Positions 25,727-38,949 of a DNA stretch of 64,000 bases are shown here, one piece after another; position 1 is the stretch's first letter, and each line of letters begins with the position of its first letter. The translations under genes were made by a program, and so were the position numbers. Source of the DNA: Takakia lepidozioides (taxonomy: Eukaryota; Plantae; Bryophyta); assembly GCA_030704615.1 (NCBI GenBank), contig CM060731.1, positions 27,404,001 through 27,468,000 of the forward strand, given 5' to 3'. Below the pieces are notes generated by a model. The model worked only from the letters and a program-made list of their open reading frames with translations, made no database searches and was not told the origin of the DNA.

Positions 25727-28700
25727 ATGCAAGTAGAGCTGCTGCCCTGCGGGTTCAACAATCTAGGACGGGCGGCACCGGCCTATGGAGATTCAACTGA
25801 ATCCATGATGCAGATCTCAAGAGAGGGAGGGGGGAATACGGAGGGGGCCAGAAACTGGCCAATTCTTGTTGGTAGTAATGAGAATGGCGGAGTCGAGGGT
25901 AGGCCAACCGTTGCCGTAGGAAGGGGTAACCAGGACGGTAGGAGATCATTGAAAGTTCCAGGGGAGACAAGTGAGCCTGGTATGGACGTGGGAGGAGACA
26001 CTGGCGAGAGGTAATGCACCCGTATTCACATTGCACCTTGTTGAGATGTAAATTCGGCGCAATCCCTGGCTGGAAAATAACATCAAGTGCTTAATTCGTC
26101 ATGCATGTCCAAGACTGCAGAAGTTTGCTATCCTGGTGCATTCACACTCGTTTCTAGATAATTTATCAAATGTTTCTAACGTTTACTAGTTCAGGATCAT
26201 GCAAATATCCATCTGGAATCTTGTCTTGGATCCATGGATTTTGAATCACATATGTACATGTATCACTAACTAGTACTGCGATTGACGATATCTACCAAGA
26301 TGGTTGCTGTGAGCTCTACATTAAATTAGAAGTTTCCACTCTGTACCTACTCTGGCTTTCATGCAAGTTAAGATAACAGTGGCAAGACTGACTTTCAAGA
26401 AGATATTGCTTGTACACATATCACGTCGTTTATCTTTACAAGCTTGCAGCTCTAGACAGTTCCAGTCATTGGTCGAGAACTGGCCCGGATTGACATCTGA
26501 GAATGGAGCTTGATCTGAATCCAATGACAAAGAGTGCCCAGAAAATTCGACACAGATGTGAATATTTTAAAGAGTGTAATTGAGGAGACAAGTTTATCCA
26601 CGGGCAGTTGCTTGATTAATGTCAGGTGGGACGCGGTGGCATTGGGCGAGGACCGAGCCTCCATCCAGAGAGGGGAAAGAGAGCAGGCTGATTGGAGCAA
26701 TCAGAGCCGGCAAAGAGGACTGGAGGGGGGTGAGCTATCATGGGGACTCTACAATGGAGAGCGAGGGAGATCGGAAGAAAAGTGGGGGGGTGTCCCTCTT
26801 GGGGGGAGGAGGGGAGGGGATCCCTGGGCTACTAACGGCGGAGGGGGTGGTGTCGTATATCAAGAGTGCCAGAAAAATCAAGCGGCAGACCGTGGGACCA
26901 CTGCTGTAGACGGTTGCGGTGAATTCATGCCAGCCGGTCAGTTTTTCTTGGTGACCTAGATCTAAAATGTCTGTTGCACGCTTGTAGTTGAAGCCAATGT
27001 GGGAATGTTCACTGGGATGACCTCTGTCCAATCGTCGCACGTAACATCAAAAGCATGCAGCGCAGGTAACCATCACTCACTTCCAGCAAGGGAACGATCT
27101 TGCAGGTTTCATCTCTAGTTAAGTTGTGCTTCACTGTTCAACATTTGGTCATTCTTATTTTACGGTCCTGTTGATCAATTTAATAGCTTAACTTCTTAAA
27201 ACGAGCTAGTGTAGAAAACAAGATCCCTGAAGTGCAGACGTGCCGACAATGTACACCTCAGATTCAAATGCCATTTGGTTGAAAACTAAATTATAGCATT
27301 TGGTATCTAGAAGTTATTATCAGCTTGACAAGTACTTTCTTGTTATGGACGTATTGCTCACGTTTCTGCAAGGATAATACCAGATCTAGTGTGGTACAGC
27401 ATTGCCCACACGGTGGGAGATAATGAGAAGTCCTGCATAATGAGACTGTATCTGATGTACAGTGTGACATCTGTGAGTGCAGCGAAAGAAGGCAAGAGCG
27501 TGTTGGCATGTGCAGCTTGCGGCTGCCATAGGAACTTCCACAGACGTGTGGGCTTAGGGGATGATGAGGATGAAAGAGAGGAAGAGAGAGAAAGAGGGTT
27601 GGGAGGGGGAAAGGAACACACATCAATACGCAATATTGAGTGTGTAGCGCATGAGCTGATGGCTGCAGCCAGCCGAGCTATCCCTCTCCTCTCTCAGGAC
27701 TCGCTGATTCATCGGAAAGGGCGCGCCAGAGACACAGGTCCCAAGGAACGTAACACCATGGCGAAAATCTGTGTTGAGAACCTGGATCACATTGCTAAGG
27801 TCATAACTCATCCATTTCAACTATTACATGGTTTTTTCTTGCAGTCAGAATCAACTGGAAAAACTACATGGCAACTTATAAAAAACTGACTCGCTAACCG
27901 GTCAGCATCTCAGGCGACTATGATCTGGAATCATCTTACTTGGTAAGTAGTTAGTCAGGTTCACATGATCTAGGGGTCTGTCTAGTCTGACAGGCAGATG
28001 GTAGAGACCTTGCTACTTTATCAATGCATATCAATCTTCACCTTGAGATAAAGTATGTTGAGTACGCCGTTTTCTTTATCGCAGGTATACGTGGCATTTC
28101 CTTGGGTTCCTATTCGTGCTTTTAAATTATATTAATGTAGAGAGCTCTCTCGAGCTTGCTAGAGATTGTATTGTATGTACACGTACATGAACATAGTTTG
28201 ATATCTAGAATCAATTGAGCGAGTTTAGCACTTGGAGATTTTCCTGCTAAAGACAAATACTGGCCTTGATCCTTTAGAGTAAAATGTTTGCTGTGCTAAA
28301 TTCATGCAGGTGATGCTTTCGACTGCTGAGTGCCTGGCACTGCTACAGAAGCCTTCATCGAATCCCCACCACACTTCTAGTCGAGATAGAGAAAGAGACA
28401 AGTCTGTTGGGGCATCCCCACCTCTTCCTGCCGTTGTAGGCTCCTTCGAAGGGCCTCTGTCCTCGGACGTTAGCCCAGTGAGCACAGTGGAGAAGAGAGG
28501 TATGCCAAATCCCCCCGTTTTTTCTCTCCAGCCATGTATTGCAGCTGCTGGAGGCTCCCAGACAATGGTAATGGCAGGCGGAATTGGCTCGATGCACGGT
28601 TCCATTGGAGTTTCCCGGAAGCTTTCAGATCGAGGTCTTGGAAACCACAAGTCCAAGCGGAAGAGAACTCGCATCAGTGTGGAGCAGCGGGACAAGCTCA

Positions 28701-29193
28701 ATGCCTTCGCGCAGAAGGCTGGGTGGACAGTGGTAGGCCAGCGAAAAGAAACAATCGAAGCTGCATGCTTGGATATAGGTACGAGCCTGTTTTTTTTTTT
28801 TCTCTCGCGCGTTTCTTAAGATTTCCGGATGGATAGACTTCCAAGCTATGTTCTGAAGCAGCCTGTGAGTTTCCGACCTGCTAGTAACTTAGCTATATTG
28901 AAATATAAATATCTGGATTGATCGTTCGAAGTTCTGGTGGTTAGCTCTGTACGTGGATACATACCTAATACTTGGTCTTGATATTTTTGAAGGCCTGAAT
29001 TACACATAGGTTGAATCTGAATTCTTAAGTATGATCAACATGTGCATGTCAATTGATGAATTTAAATACTGACGGAGTCAGTGGAGTCGTTTTGGTAGGC
29101 ATTGAACCCAAGACTTTGAAGTACTGGATTCACAACAGCAAGCAGAAGTGGAAGAGGCAGCCTGGCCATGACGACGACATGATTGGCAATTAG
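25727..29193 (+). CDS. Zinc finger-homeodomain (ZF-HD/ZHD) transcription factor, 5 coding exons: 25727-26010, 26626-26936, 27483-27799, 28310-28778, 29099-29193
   Basis: ZF-HD finger [26 protein letters not shown]|[22 protein letters not shown] and homeodomain [42 protein letters not shown]|[20 protein letters not shown] junctions keep the frame; the start codon is less certain. Confidence 0.9.
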
Positions 29194-29627
29194 GTGCTTC
29201 ATCCGTCCTTCGACAGACAATTACAAAATACAGAAATCCTATCTGTCCTATCTATTTTTAACTTACGAGCCTTGTAAGATTCAGGCATATTCTAGTTTAG
29301 TCCCCCGTTACGTTCTTTCCTGCCTCACTTTTTTAACTGTACACGTCTGTTTCCACCTTCTGTATGGTTCTAGGTTTCTCAACCTGGTTCTGTTTATGTA
29401 CTTGTGTCTGTCTGTGTGGGTGACTATCTGTGGTTCCCTTCACCTCAATTGTAGTTATTCTTAGTTTTCTCTAGGACGAAAGATTCTGACAAACTACGAG
29501 AACCTAGTATGTAGATGGTTCGGGAGCGGCATGCATGTCTTCTGAAGTGCTATTTTGGCTCCTGCAAATACACACGGCTCACTGATCAGAACCAGATTTA
29601 CAATAAAGCAAGTGTTTGTTAACATGC

Positions 29628-29631
<4 letters not shown>

Positions 29632-29681
<50 letters not shown>
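29632..29681. repeat. (CT)n microsatellite, about 25 units
   Basis: Read directly from the sequence. Confidence 0.95.
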
Positions 29682-29684
<3 letters not shown>

Positions 29685-30051
29685 CTATTTTTTTTTTCAA
29701 AAAGGGAGCAAAGCCCTGTTTATCGAATTAAAGGACAAGGAAAAAATGCCTCTCATTTTACAATATTAGCGACGTTATGGGGCACACGCCCGAGCTGACC
29801 GGTGGGCCCCGCGCACGGACGCACAGCCGCTGCCCTCCAATCTGCCAGTCCAGTGTTATCCTCTCTTTTGTGAGGGCTCTTTGTTGTCCGTTGTTGCAGC
29901 CCGCGTTTCCACGCACGTCGCGTTCTTCTTGTGCACGAGCGACGTTCATGATGATGAAGGGTGTGCCTGAACATGATAGGACTGGCGGGGCGGGCTCTAC
30001 AGCCACCATCGTGCATATGCTTCCATTATTTTTGCATTCTTGTTGTGCTTT

Positions 30052-30578
30052 ACCTGCCACAATCCTTCAGGTATAACACGGCAGTGATATGTGTCTTTGC
30101 CAGGCACACCAGTGACAATTCCACAAGCAGCCCTGTGTCGTGGTAAATGAGGATCATACAGGTTGATTTTGTCATTCAACTTAAACTGCACACAGCACCC
30201 ACCATAAAACCCACATTAATCAACACTTACATGTACATTGAAAACTAGATAATGAGGACCGTCCAGTATAAGCAATCACTCAAAGTGTAGAGTACTTTTG
30301 GTAGCATAAGAATATCTGCCACTGTGGCGGGGGGTTGATATTTGGGGGTTGCCTTTGAAGGCGCCGTAGTTGATGCACTGTCGGTGGCAATATCAAGAGT
30401 GGCTTTCTCAGCCTGCAAACATCACGCCCAACACCCCTTAGCAGTTACATTTAGCAATGCATCTACTAATAGTTTGAAGTACCCAACATGTAAATGGCCA
30501 CATTGTACAGAACTGATAGCCAACAGGTGCATGCATGCTCACCTCTAGTACGAAAACTGCTGCATGGAGAGGTGCCTC
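30052..30578 (-). mobile_element. CACTA/En-Spm transposon fragment (copy A), inverted relative to 32010-32541
   Basis: Reverse complement aligns to 32010-32541 and encodes KINLYDPHLPRHRAACGIVTGVPGKDTYHCRVIPEGLW, resembling the TnpA/Tnp1-type C-terminal domain. Confidence 0.75.
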
Positions 30579-31749
30579 TAGTTGCAACCTAACACAAGCC
30601 CATCCACCCCACAAAGTTAGCAATTATGGAAAATAAGGTCAACCGGGCAACGAGCAAGGTCGGCAGTTCGTGAACGCATACAAACCTTGGTCAACGTGCC
30701 AAAAAAAATTTGCATCCAATTGGCGTGAATGCATGGAATGTCATGCTCTGGCGCCCTAGCAATGTCCCACATCCATTCAGTATTAAAACCCTAACACATG
30801 TTCTAACCCTTTGAAATTGAATCCATGGGTCACGCCATACATAGTCCAATTCGTAAGCCATTCATCTTTCTAACAAGGTTCCAGGTCATTCACATTTAGG
30901 AAAGAACCTTGGTTTTGATATATAACATTTACCACCATATATGCAGATTGTAAACTCATCACAAAGCAGATTGCAGGTCTGGAGATAAATCTCCGGAACC
31001 AGGCTCAAAGATATCAGGTTCGAAATGAAACAATCAGCCACTCATGCCTTAAGTTCATGAAGTTTTTACCTCGGTTGTCCCACATTGACTGGGTCAGAAA
31101 AGTATTCATTCCACATCTTCTCCTCGTCTCAGCTTGTTTCCGCGGTAAAGGGTGCCAATCCGCGGGAATGCACTCCACTTCTTCCTGGGCGCGTGGTGAC
31201 GCGGCCTTCAAGTGTGATGACGTGGAGTGAGCCCCGTGATGTGGCATTGGCGCAAGGTGACGTGGCGTGAGCGCAGTTGCGCTCACGTGCTCACGTGACC
31301 AGGCTCACGCCGAGGCATCCCTGGAAGAGCAGGGTTGGCTGGACAGGCCCGACGCTTGGTAATATGAATATCTGTACCACATTTTAGTATATGTATACAT
31401 CTATATGTATGTACATATATACACATGTATGTGATGGAGTAGGATACCATCTTTGCCCTGTGAGGTAGTTGCAAACTGTCACTACAGTCATGCCTCTGTA
31501 AACGCCCCACTTGTTTGGATGAATAGGGCTAATTTTTTTTTTTGTTGTGGCCCTGGCAGAAGAAAGAGAGAGCACGAAGTCCAAGCATCACTGAGCTAGC
31601 ACACGCATCGAAGGCGGACAAGGGTTTAGGCTCCCAGTCAATTGGAGGTGCACAGGTAAATGGCGTGTGGGTATTTTTTTTTTTGTTGCATTCATTTTGC
31701 TGGAGCAGTAGCCAGGCCATGCAGGCTGATTATGTGTCTTTCTTTGGCT

Positions 31750-33228
31750 GTATAGGGAGGGGGCAGTGTGATGCAGTCTCGACTGTCGTCCCTTGAGGGC
31801 AGTGTGTTTGTCTTGGCAGACGTTCAGATCCCGACGATTGAGGGCGAATTGGCCACTATAAAAGCAGAAGTTGCTAAGGCAGATAATAGCAAAAAACTGG
31901 ATGCATTGATGGCAATGATGTTGGGAATGTCAGCAACCGCCCCCCCTCCGATGCAAATGGTGACATAACACCAAGTTCTAGCAAGAGTAAGAGTCAGGTG
32001 GGCCTTCAGGAGGCACCTCTCCATGCAGCAGTTTTTGTACTAGAGGTGAGCATGCATGCACTTGTTGGCTATCGGTTCTGTACAATGTGGCCATTTACAT
32101 GTTGGGTACTTCAAACTATTAGTAGATGCATTGCTAAATGAAACTGCTAAGGGGTGTTGGGCGTGATGTTTGCAGGCTGACAAAGCCGCTCTTGATATTG
32201 CCACCGACAGTGCATCAACTGCGGCGCCTTCAAAGGCAATCCCCAAAATTCAACCCGTGCCACAGTGGCAGTTATTCTTATGCTACCAAAAGTACTCTAC
32301 ACTTTGAGTGATTGCTTATACTGGGCGGTCCTCATTATCTAGTTTTCAATGTACATGTATGTCTTCATGGGTTGATTAATGTGGGTTTTATGGTGGGTGT
32401 TGTGTGTAGTTTAAGTTGAAGGACAAAATCAGCCTGTATGATCCTCATTTACCACGACACAGGGCTGCCAGTGGAATTGTCACTGATGTGCCTAACAAAG
32501 ATACATATCATTGTCGTGTTATACCTAAGGGATTGTGGCGGGTTGAGGTGAATGATATCTATATTGCCAATTGTGTCTTGCCTCACCCTAACGTGGAAGA
32601 GGTCCCACCGCAAACAATATTGGAGGATGTCGTTGGTCTGAATTGTCTTTGGCCAGAGCAGAACATGAAGAGGGCTTAGATTTCGTTTGCCCGGGCATAA
32701 ACATTGCTGGGAGTGAGAAGAAGGCATGAAAGGAGTTCAGTATTCCTAGCATGCATGCGGAGACGCTGTGTAGAAGTTAGGCTCAGACTTTTATCATGGC
32801 TGGATTTTGTTGACAGTGTTCCAGCACTTAACTCTCTGGGATTCTATTCTATTTTGTGGAGCTTGAATCCCCAATGGTACTTCTTTAAACACTACACTAG
32901 TGGTATGTGTTCCTCTAGTCATGTTCATAATCACTTGCACATCACTGTAATAGTGGTATAATTTAAAACTGTGGGAGTAGCCAAATGCACACAATTGCCT
33001 ACATTACCACTTGTATAGTGGTATAAGTAGTCACATATATATTACTGTACTAGTGGTATGAATTCCTCCAGTGGTATTCCTAATCACTTACACACGTGAT
33101 TCAAACCACTCACGTCCGGGTCCACCTGTTAGCTGACGTGTCACAGAGATAAACCAACCACTTATGACGTGTCACAGTGATAAAGTGACGTGTCATAGTG
33201 GTAAAGTAACCACTTCCGTTTTGTAGTG
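31750..33228 (+). mobile_element. CACTA/En-Spm 3' half (copy B): last exons of the TnpA-like ORF, subterminal repeats and right terminal inverted repeat
   Basis: Final exon ..GIVTDVPNKDTYHCRVIPKGLWRVEVNDIYIANCVLPHPNVEEVPPQTILEDVVGLNCLWPE; repeated tgacgtgtca and agtggta motifs; ends cgttttgTAGTG at 33228 (reverse complement CACTAcaaaacg). Confidence 0.8.
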
Positions 33229-34119
33229 GAGACGTGTAAGCCGGTGGTCCGTGGATGATATTGGAGATTATGTCGACACGTGGCGACACTCTCAGCATGG
33301 ACACGTGTCGTGTGTCAGTGCTACGAAATGGATGGAGTGAAATTCAATGACTTCCGAAACCACTTGTTGAGTGATCACAAAATGACTCATAGAGTCATTA
33401 TATGAAAACGGAGAATATACAATATCACTCACAGAGTTGTTATGTGAGTGGATGACGTCTCTCAGCAGGTCATTGGAATGATTACCCACAGAGTGGTATG
33501 TAAGCTATTTGATTCATTCATGGTGTCTCTCTAAGTGGGAACTATGGATTTGAGTGATTACTAACAGAGTGGTGTGTAAGTGATTAGGAATACCACTAGA
33601 GGAATTCATACCACTAATACAGTAATATATATGTGACTACTTATACCACTATACGAGTGGTAATGTAGGCAATTGTGTGCATTTGGCTACTCCCACAGTT
33701 TTAAATTATACCACTATTACAGTGATGTGCAAGTGATTATGAACATGACTAGAGGAACACATACCACTAGTGTAGTGAAAGAAGTACCATTGGGGATTCA
33801 AGCTCCACAAAATAGACTAGAATCCCAGAGAGTTAAGTGTTGGAACACTGTCAACAAAATCCAGCCATGATAAAAGTCTAAGCCTAACTTCTACACGGCG
33901 TCTCCACATGCATGCTAGGAACACTGAACTGCTTTCCTGCCTTCTTCTCACTGCCAGCAATGTCTATGCCCGGGCGAACGAAATCTAAGCCCTCTTCATG
34001 TTCTTCTCTGGCCAAAGACAATTCAGACCGACGACAACCTCCAACATTGTTTGCGGTGGGACCTCTTCCTCGTTAGGGTGAGGCAAGACACAATTGGCAA
34101 TACAGATATCATTCACCTC
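33229..34119 (-). mobile_element. CACTA fragment (copy C plus subterminal region); 33573-34119 is an inverted copy of 32545-33095
   Basis: Near-identical inverted match (same 65-66 aa ORF called on opposite strands at 32794-32994 and 33673-33870). Confidence 0.8.
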
Positions 34120-34429
34120 GTTGCAGAAGAAGGGGAAGATTAAAGCTTCTAAGCTTAAATCACCTTGGAAAGGACCTTATGTCATACAGAAGATGTATGA
34201 TAATAACACCGTCATGTTACAAACCATTAACAAAGAAATGCTGGGAAGAGTCAATGCCAGTAAGTTGAAGGGGTACAGTGGTATCCATGACAAACCATTG
34301 CAGCACGATTTGCATGTTGAAACGCAAAAACAGTCACGGGCTGCGCCAGTGATACCAACGGAGTATGGAGCACTTGTCGCTAAGCCGAGCGTGTATGACC
34401 AGGGCGGGAAGTACAGGTGTTCGCATAGA

Positions 34430-34650
34430 TATCACAGCCCACCACAGTGCCACACAGCCTATCACAGCCCATCACAGCGTGACACAGCCTATCACAGCCC
34501 ATCAGCCACACAGCCTTCACAGCCCGTGACACAGCCTATCACAGCCCATCACAGCGTGACACAGCTTATCACATCCCATCACAGTGTCACACAGCCTATC
34601 ACAGTTCACCACAGTTAGACACAGCCTGTCACAGCCCAACACAGCCTATG
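34430..34650 (+). repeat. cacagcc-based minisatellite (about 10/30-bp periodicity) after the integrase
   Basis: Repeats of acacagcctatcacagcccatcacagcgtg; a related array (cacagcccgacatagcttcacacagccagt) lies in the LTR at 39070-39195. Confidence 0.85.
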
Positions 34651-35439
34651 CGGGTTACACAGTCCATTGGGTCAGTGACAGGTGGACGCGGGTTAACGTC
34701 GCCACACGGAGAGGGGAAGTCGGGGGCATGTCTAAAAACGGACACGTGGCCACTAAGACGAAGCACACTAAATTGCAAGAGTGGGTCTCATCATGTAAGA
34801 GGATAAATCGGGCCGTCAAAGTACCTACCCGGTACATCAGCTAAGACTATTTGTGGGCCCATTAATGCATTCAGAGCAAGGGTAATAGAACCCTTTCCGA
34901 GTACAAAAAAAAGAAACCTATGCCACATGTGCTGTCCTACTGGACATTCCAGGTGGGAATGTCCACGGAGGGGGGTGGAATTAAGAAGTTACCTAGGCAG
35001 GCAACAGCCAATCAGGAGTGAGAATTACATGCAGGTGATTCCCTCCAAGAAACAAGAACAAGAAATAGGAAGTGTTATGAGCGGAAGAGTCGGGGTGGCT
35101 CCGAATAGCCAGTGTCTCGACGGGAGGGGCAATCAAAGCACTAGCTTTGTAGCTATGGCGGATGTAACGGATTACACACTCGCTTTACTTCTCACGCAGT
35201 GGCGCAAGGACGGACGAATTGAGAGTACATTTTCTCTCACTCGATACTTGCAAGCCCCACATGATTACACGCACTTACCTGTTCCATTCTGTGCCAACCA
35301 TACCTTTATGCTCTGTGCCCTGCAAGCTTTCCTTCAACTGTTTCAAACAAGGCATTTTTGTTTGTCTAGAATGGAGAGAGTGAGGGGAATGGAGGATATC
35401 AGGGTGAAGAGCACCACGATTCTGTAGAAGCAAACAATT

Positions 35440-38400
35440 GTTATACCGCAGGCAGTGCAGCTGCTGAGGGAGTTGCGATTGGAGGGGCTGCTACGCAAGG
35501 ACTGGTCCTTGCATCATCGGCAGTATATGATTCAATTTCTTCAGAACTTTGAGCCTCGAACGGGAGTTACCCAGGTAAGGGGAGTAGATAGTAGAAATAG
35601 AAATTATTCCCCAGTACTTGCAGCAATTGTTTGATTTGCCATCAGGTCATGTGGATATGGATGAGCACAGGGCAAGATTGCAGATAGGGAATTTGTTCCA
35701 AGAAGGGAGTTTCTTTAAGACTCAAGGTTACGATTGTACCAAAGCCGAGTACCCAGGGCTCAGAGAAGTTGGCCAAATATTGAACGTTCTGTTTGCCATG
35801 AAACAGAACCAACAATATTTGAGCACGTCATTCACAGAGGAGATCCTGAAAATTTTGAGGGGAGAGGATGTAGCTTGGGCGGAGTTAATGTATAATGGTC
35901 TGGTGGACGAGATGAAGAGGTTACAAGGCACTGCTGTTAAGTCTCCGATCATTGTGTCTGGTCCAGTCATTGCCCAAATCATTCTTGACTCTTGCATACT
36001 TGATACTCGGGAACGTAAGGAGATGGGAGTGTTTGAGGCAATAACCACTGCAATTGAAGAGCAGGGCTCTTCGCATAGTGAGGGTGGACTGGCAGGGCAA
36101 CACCAGCCTAAGAGACAGAAGCGGGGTATGACTGTAGTGGCGGATCCACTGGCTTCACGGAAACCGCAAGATGATGTTTCCCAAGCTCTTGTGCAGGATG
36201 GGGCACAACAGCACAGAGGGTTGTTTTTATTGGAAGCACGGCCTTTGGAGAGGGATGAAGAAGTCACTTCGGTACCGGTTGACTCAGTTGCCTTAGAGGT
36301 TCCACAGTTAGAACATACTGTGACACCACCCCCAATTGCTCTGGACGGAGAAAGATTGGACATTTCCACTACAGAGCTGGTCGTGGCAGAAATTGAGAAG
36401 GGTGACCTTCTCTATGAAAACTCTGGCTTAGTAAGGGAATCAGTGGTTCCAGAGGTGCAAAATTTGTCCAGGGAAATCCCTGCTGTGCATGTAATACCCA
36501 CACTTGTGATGGAGGTACCAAGGGTAGAATATAAGAATACTGCAACACCTGTGGTGGATGAGGTGGTTCAGGAAGAGGATCTGGTAGGGCAATGGCCTGA
36601 ATGGTTGGTGAAGCATCACACTGTGGAGGATCAGGAGAAACAGCAGCAAGTTCACCATGATGACCCCCAGCAGGCCATGCTTATGAGTTCCATAAGCATG
36701 ACACTTAATTTGTTGGGCACTTATGTGAAATCCCATGTTCCACCTACCCAATTGGCAGCTTTGAGGGAGGAACTCAGGAAGGAGTTTGAGGCTCGAATTG
36801 CCACTGAGTGTGCTAACAAGGTAGATGAGGAGGTCAATCTCAAGTTACAGCAAGAGTTGGAGGACATAAAGGCTGCCTTGCAGTTGGCCAAGGGACATTT
36901 GATTGAAGCAGGTCTCGAGCAGGACCAGTTGCATGAAGCACATAAGCAACAGTTATACCAATTGCAGGTGAAGCATGAGGGCAAGTTGCAAGAAGTGAAC
37001 GTACTACATACAGAGTTGGAGGCAGTACATCAGAGGATGACCATACAATGTGCTACACTCACAACTACTATAGAGCAAACTGCATTAGAAGTTAACAGAC
37101 AAGGGGAGAGATGTATGATGGCAGAACTTGAGATCATAGAGCAAGGAAAACTCATTGTTGATTTGCAGGCTACAATTTGTCGCAATGAAAATACTTTCCA
37201 ACAGTACAAACAGGTTGAGGCTAACCAGGATAAGTACATCCTGGAGTTGCAACAAACAGTCATGGTCAATAGAAATGAACTCTCTGTGGCTAACAAGGCT
37301 TGGAAGGAAGTCAATAATCTGGCTACTGCCTATGCGGGCATGGTTGAACCTCATGCAAAGCGTATGGAGGCTTTACAGCAGCAGTTAGATGTGTACAGAC
37401 TCACGGAGGAGTAGACTCTCAGGGGTGCCACACAGGACTTGGTGGATAACCACCTTATGCAGGTCTGGTTAGCACAAGGGCCGGTAGAAGGCAAAGCACC
37501 ACGGAAGCTCACCCAGGGCGAGATGAATGAGCTCAGATTGCAGGTGCAGAACATTGCCACAACTACTATAGACAATGTCTATAGTAGAATAGCGGAGCTA
37601 CAGGAGGATGTGGAAGGCCTGCAGACTCAAGTGGATGACCTGAGTTCAAATATTGACAAGAGAGTCTTTGTTCCTGAGGAGCAGCTGATGGCTACTTATT
37701 TACATGCCAGGATTCTAATTTTTGAGTCTTCTTCGTAGGGGGTGCAGGAGATGCCAGTGGTAGAAGGGCCAGTGGTACCAATACCACAGCAGGTGCATGT
37801 GCAGGTAGCTGACCCTGTTGCTACTACAGCCAAACCACAGCCTGAGGTATGGGGGGATGCTGCTTTTAACCCACCTAGGACTCATGCTGCACGGGAGTAC
37901 AGTCGGGCTATGATTATGCCCTTCAACCAAATTCCCATTGTGCTGGATTTGGCTTGGAACGAATTTAGTCCTCCGCAGTCATTGGCACATTACTACCAGA
38001 TCATGCGCATTTGGTTGCCGGTGGCAACTCGGACTAAGGTTCTTCCGAACAATCGATCCATTGAGGATCATCACTTTGCGAGGTACTGGTCTGAGGTAGG
38101 TACCATGCTGAAGGAATTAATTGCCTTCCAGGTTGTACATGGGTACATCTATACCAAGACCAAGGAGGTATCTAGTATTGTCATGGGTTGTGGATTATAC
38201 TGTGCTGCTTGTTTTCTGGCACGTTATCACATTGAGCAGCAGAAGATGCAATCACGATTTCTGAGTTATTCTAGTGGGGATCATTGGGTCTTACCTTCAG
38301 TGCCACCTCATATGTACCTATACGATGCAAAAGTTATGATGTAGAAGGATTCCCAACTTTGTTCATGGTTTAATTCGGCTTGGAACAATTTGACAACACA

Positions 38401-38911
38401 TAAATTCGGCCCTGAGGATATTTTCTTTAAGGGACATGAAGCCTGGAAATACTTACACTGTTCCAAAGTCATTAGCACACCTCTCACCTATACGGATAAG
38501 GAGTTCAGGGCGTTCACTAATTTTGTTTGCAAGCGCTTACAACAAGTTGTACAGTTTAAACTTCCAGACATGGTGGGACCACATTGTATGCCACACATGA
38601 TTCCACTGAAAGTTCGGCCGTTAAAACACCTAAGGGGGGACGAGGATTCTGATACTACTGTTTCTTCAGAGGACTCTTTTGACATGGCAGAGGACTATGC
38701 ACTTCAGATGGCAGAGAAGAAACGACGGGGATCTCCTATGCCTGAGAGGTTACCTCGTTATCAGCCAAAAGAGGGTCAGACATTTCCAGGTAGTGCTCAA
38801 TCATCTCCATCAGCCAGTAACAGGACTCGGGCTCGCACACGGAGTCCTTCACGAGACTCTCACCGTCAGAAGGGTGCTCGCTCACAAAGGTTTGCTAATC
38901 CCAAACAGTAA
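35440..38911 (+). pseudogene. Retrotransposon extra (env-position) ORF of about 1100+ codons with a long coiled-coil, broken by three in-frame TAG stops and a 5' frameshift
   Basis: ORFs 35618-37414, 37439-37738, 37742-38344 and 38390-38911 share one frame and are separated only by TAG codons; located between integrase and PPT; E/Q/L-rich heptads at about 36760-37660. Confidence 0.75.
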
Positions 38912-38949
38912 ACCGTGAGGACACGGCTTTTTGAGAGGGGGAGGGGTAA

